A DNA stretch of 64,000 bases, taken from positions 24,552,001 to 24,616,000 of the forward strand of contig OX638160.1 of the NCBI GenBank assembly GCA_951804945.1, in the 5' to 3' direction. The translations under genes and the position numbers were made by a program. Below are positions 46,764 to 64,000 of this stretch, piece after piece. Under the pieces are notes generated by a model that did no database searches, was not told where the DNA came from, and saw nothing but the letters and a program-made list of their open reading frames with translations. The stretch is from Podarcis cretensis (taxonomy: Eukaryota). Within the stretch, counting starts at the first letter, position 1; the number at the start of each line of letters is the position of its first letter.

Positions 46764-47180
46764 TTTATTTCTCTTTGGTAGTTTTTGTTATTTGAATGGT
46801 GCCACAGACCCCCTGGGTGGGTTACGCTGACCTCCCGATTTGGAACCACTGTCCACAAGAATGATGTGAATGTCTTTCCCACTGGGTATTCTGGAACTTG
46901 TTCCAGTCCCCAGCACATAAATTGTGTGTGTGGAGCACCTGTCTCCATTACTGCCTTCCCTTTTCAGACTGTATTAACTCGCTCTCATTACAAGTATACT
47001 AGCTGTACAGGGCAAACCTGAAATTCAGTTTGGAGTCTTGCTTGCTTCTGTCAGAAAGTTACAATAGCCTTTTAGGAACTTGCTAGAGGCTAAAATCCAG
47101 AGGCAAGTGTCGGAAGGCCATGTTAACCAGGATACAGAGATTGTCAAATATAGGAAAGTGGAGAAGCTACAAAAATTTAT
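46764..47180 (-). terminator. Candidate CACNB2 poly(A) signals (AATAAA at 47175-47180 and 46764-46769)
   Basis: Canonical hexamers 1.6-2.0 kb downstream of the stop in repeat-free UTR-like sequence. Confidence 0.4.
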
Positions 47181-48750
47181 TTTCCAACAAAATAACTCTC
47201 CACAAGCAGTGTAAACTTTTCTTACTAAAACAAATACTCTAAAACACAAAAAGATTTTACATTTCCAGTGAAACACTCAGTCACATTTGCCTGTGTTTTT
47301 TACTTTCCTGGATCCTCAACGAAGAGCCAGCAGATTGATGCTTTCCCAATTACCTGTAGACATAAACTTCCTCATGTTGCTTGCCTGCAATTTGGACCTT
47401 TAGAGTTGCAGACAGAAGGAAAACCTTTACTCATTTTTGGAATAATTACATTCTCGGGACCAACTGATGTGCTATGATTCAGCCCCAATTGCCATATTTA
47501 GCTGCTCAAATGAGTTCTCTGCTGCCATGGCCAGTGTGGTGCTTGAAATCTAAGCCTGGAAGATCATGTGGTCCTTTGATAAGAGGGCGTATTGAAAGTG
47601 TGGGAATCCCTTTTCATGAAAGTACAGTTAAGGATTTCCTGACATTGTACTGCATGTGTGTACAAATCGTAATACCTGAGCAGCTAAAGGTGGAAATTAT
47701 GGTTGATTCATAACATATGGGTTGCCTATAGAGTCTTCTGTGTACCCTTTACAACCACTCCTGTCATAAATTGTTTTACACACAAACACACACTTGCACC
47801 ATGTCAAATGTGGCCTATCAAGTTGACAAGAAAAAACGTTATCTGTGTGCTCACTGCAATTAGTGTGTCCTGTTTAGAGCATTTATAGTGTCACATTATT
47901 TTTGCTGTAGATTTAAAAATGCAAAAATGATTTTAAGTTTGCAAGGACAATCCAACCTTTTATCCTAATGTATTCCTATTTACACTAAATATAAGCTTTC
48001 TGCTACTGAAGAAAGTGTGTCTAGAGTGAACCTTGTTAACAAATTTCCTGAATGAGGCTAGTTCCAGTTGCCAGTAATTCAAAAGCAAATCTGCTGACTT
48101 GGCATTAGGACTTTAAACAGTGTGGTCAATCTTATATAAGAAGGTGTTTGCAGAAATAACATTTATAAACTGTCTATACAGTACACAGTACCAGTACATA
48201 GAAAAGAGATTTTGACTTTATGATCCCCTGTGTGTAAGGCAAAACTGAATTCTGTCTCCAAATGTAGTCCACTAGAAGTACAATCAACAGAAAGTGGCTC
48301 TCAAATCAATGGCAAATCAGGTGCCTAACGATTAAAAAAAATCAAAACAGATGAGAGCTTCAGTTTTGGATGTGCTGATTTTGGCTTGCTGAAAAACATG
48401 GGAAGTTAATAAACACCAATTGTATTTTGTCTGAAAACACTAACAACACCTTGATGACAACAGATATTGTTCAAGTGGCAGCTACCAAAAATGGCTTTGG
48501 GGGGAGAAAAGCTTGGTACAACACCAGGGACTTCGCAGTTGTACTATGCCAATGTGTTATAGCACTAATCAAAATGAATATTCTATTTCATGCTATTGCT
48601 GTGATAGCAACAGCAATTTTTTTTTTTTTAAAGCAGCATACAGGATACCACATGTTCTGCAATGAAAACCCAGATTTGTTCTTTTTAAAAAGGGGGTGGG
48701 GTGGGGCTTTGTCATACACAACTTCAAAAGAAACACAAAACTGCCAAACG

Positions 48751-63704
<14,954 letters not shown>

Positions 63705-64000
63705 CTATATATAGATAAACAATGTACAATTATCAGATGGCAGGGAGAGGAGAAAAGGGTTAAAAAGAAATAGTAAGCAACAATATCCCAGGTCAGATGT
63801 CCGTCAGAAATATCAAACAGAATAAAAACAAAAGGGGGAATTTTAAAATGTACAATACTCAGGGATTAAATGTAGGCATACAGATACAATTATATACAAT
63901 TATGAATTGTATTTAATTTTTGTTAAATTTTAAGTTTTTCCAGCTTTACCAATACAAATGTATCCTTCATTATACTGGAATATACACTTTCAAGAAGGAC

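Overview
Eukaryotic (squamate, very probably lacertid lizard, judged from Sauria SINEs and tRNA-Lys/CR1-tail SINEs) genomic DNA carrying the vertebrate syntenic block ARL5B - NSUN6 - CACNB2. ARL5B (minus, 6 coding exons, 179 aa, complete CDS) and NSUN6 (plus, 11 coding exons, 467 aa, complete CDS) are head-to-head across two CpG islands (~16.7-18.0 kb and ~19.2-20.05 kb). The 3' half of CACNB2 (minus, alternative HOOK exons 7A/7B through the last exon) is tail-to-tail with NSUN6. All exons were reconstructed by hand from GT-AG boundaries and reading-frame continuity; most ORFs in the supplied six-frame track are spurious. Introns hold SINEs, L2/CR1/BovB fragments, Tigger-like and hAT MITEs, a probable Sola2-type DNA element, a probable solo LTR and a full-length U6 snRNA retrocopy, plus a 148-N gap. 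The most interesting unexplained signals are (i) candidate extra cassette exons in CACNB2 intron 10 (11 nt + 64 nt) that frameshift singly but together give an open 25-codon insertion in the GK domain, (ii) a sense U6 copy retaining the METTL16 nonamer in the last intron of the SAM-dependent methyltransferase NSUN6, and (iii) a long-TIR element with a 4-bp TSD resembling Sola2. All three are sequence-based hypotheses needing RNA-seq or database checks.
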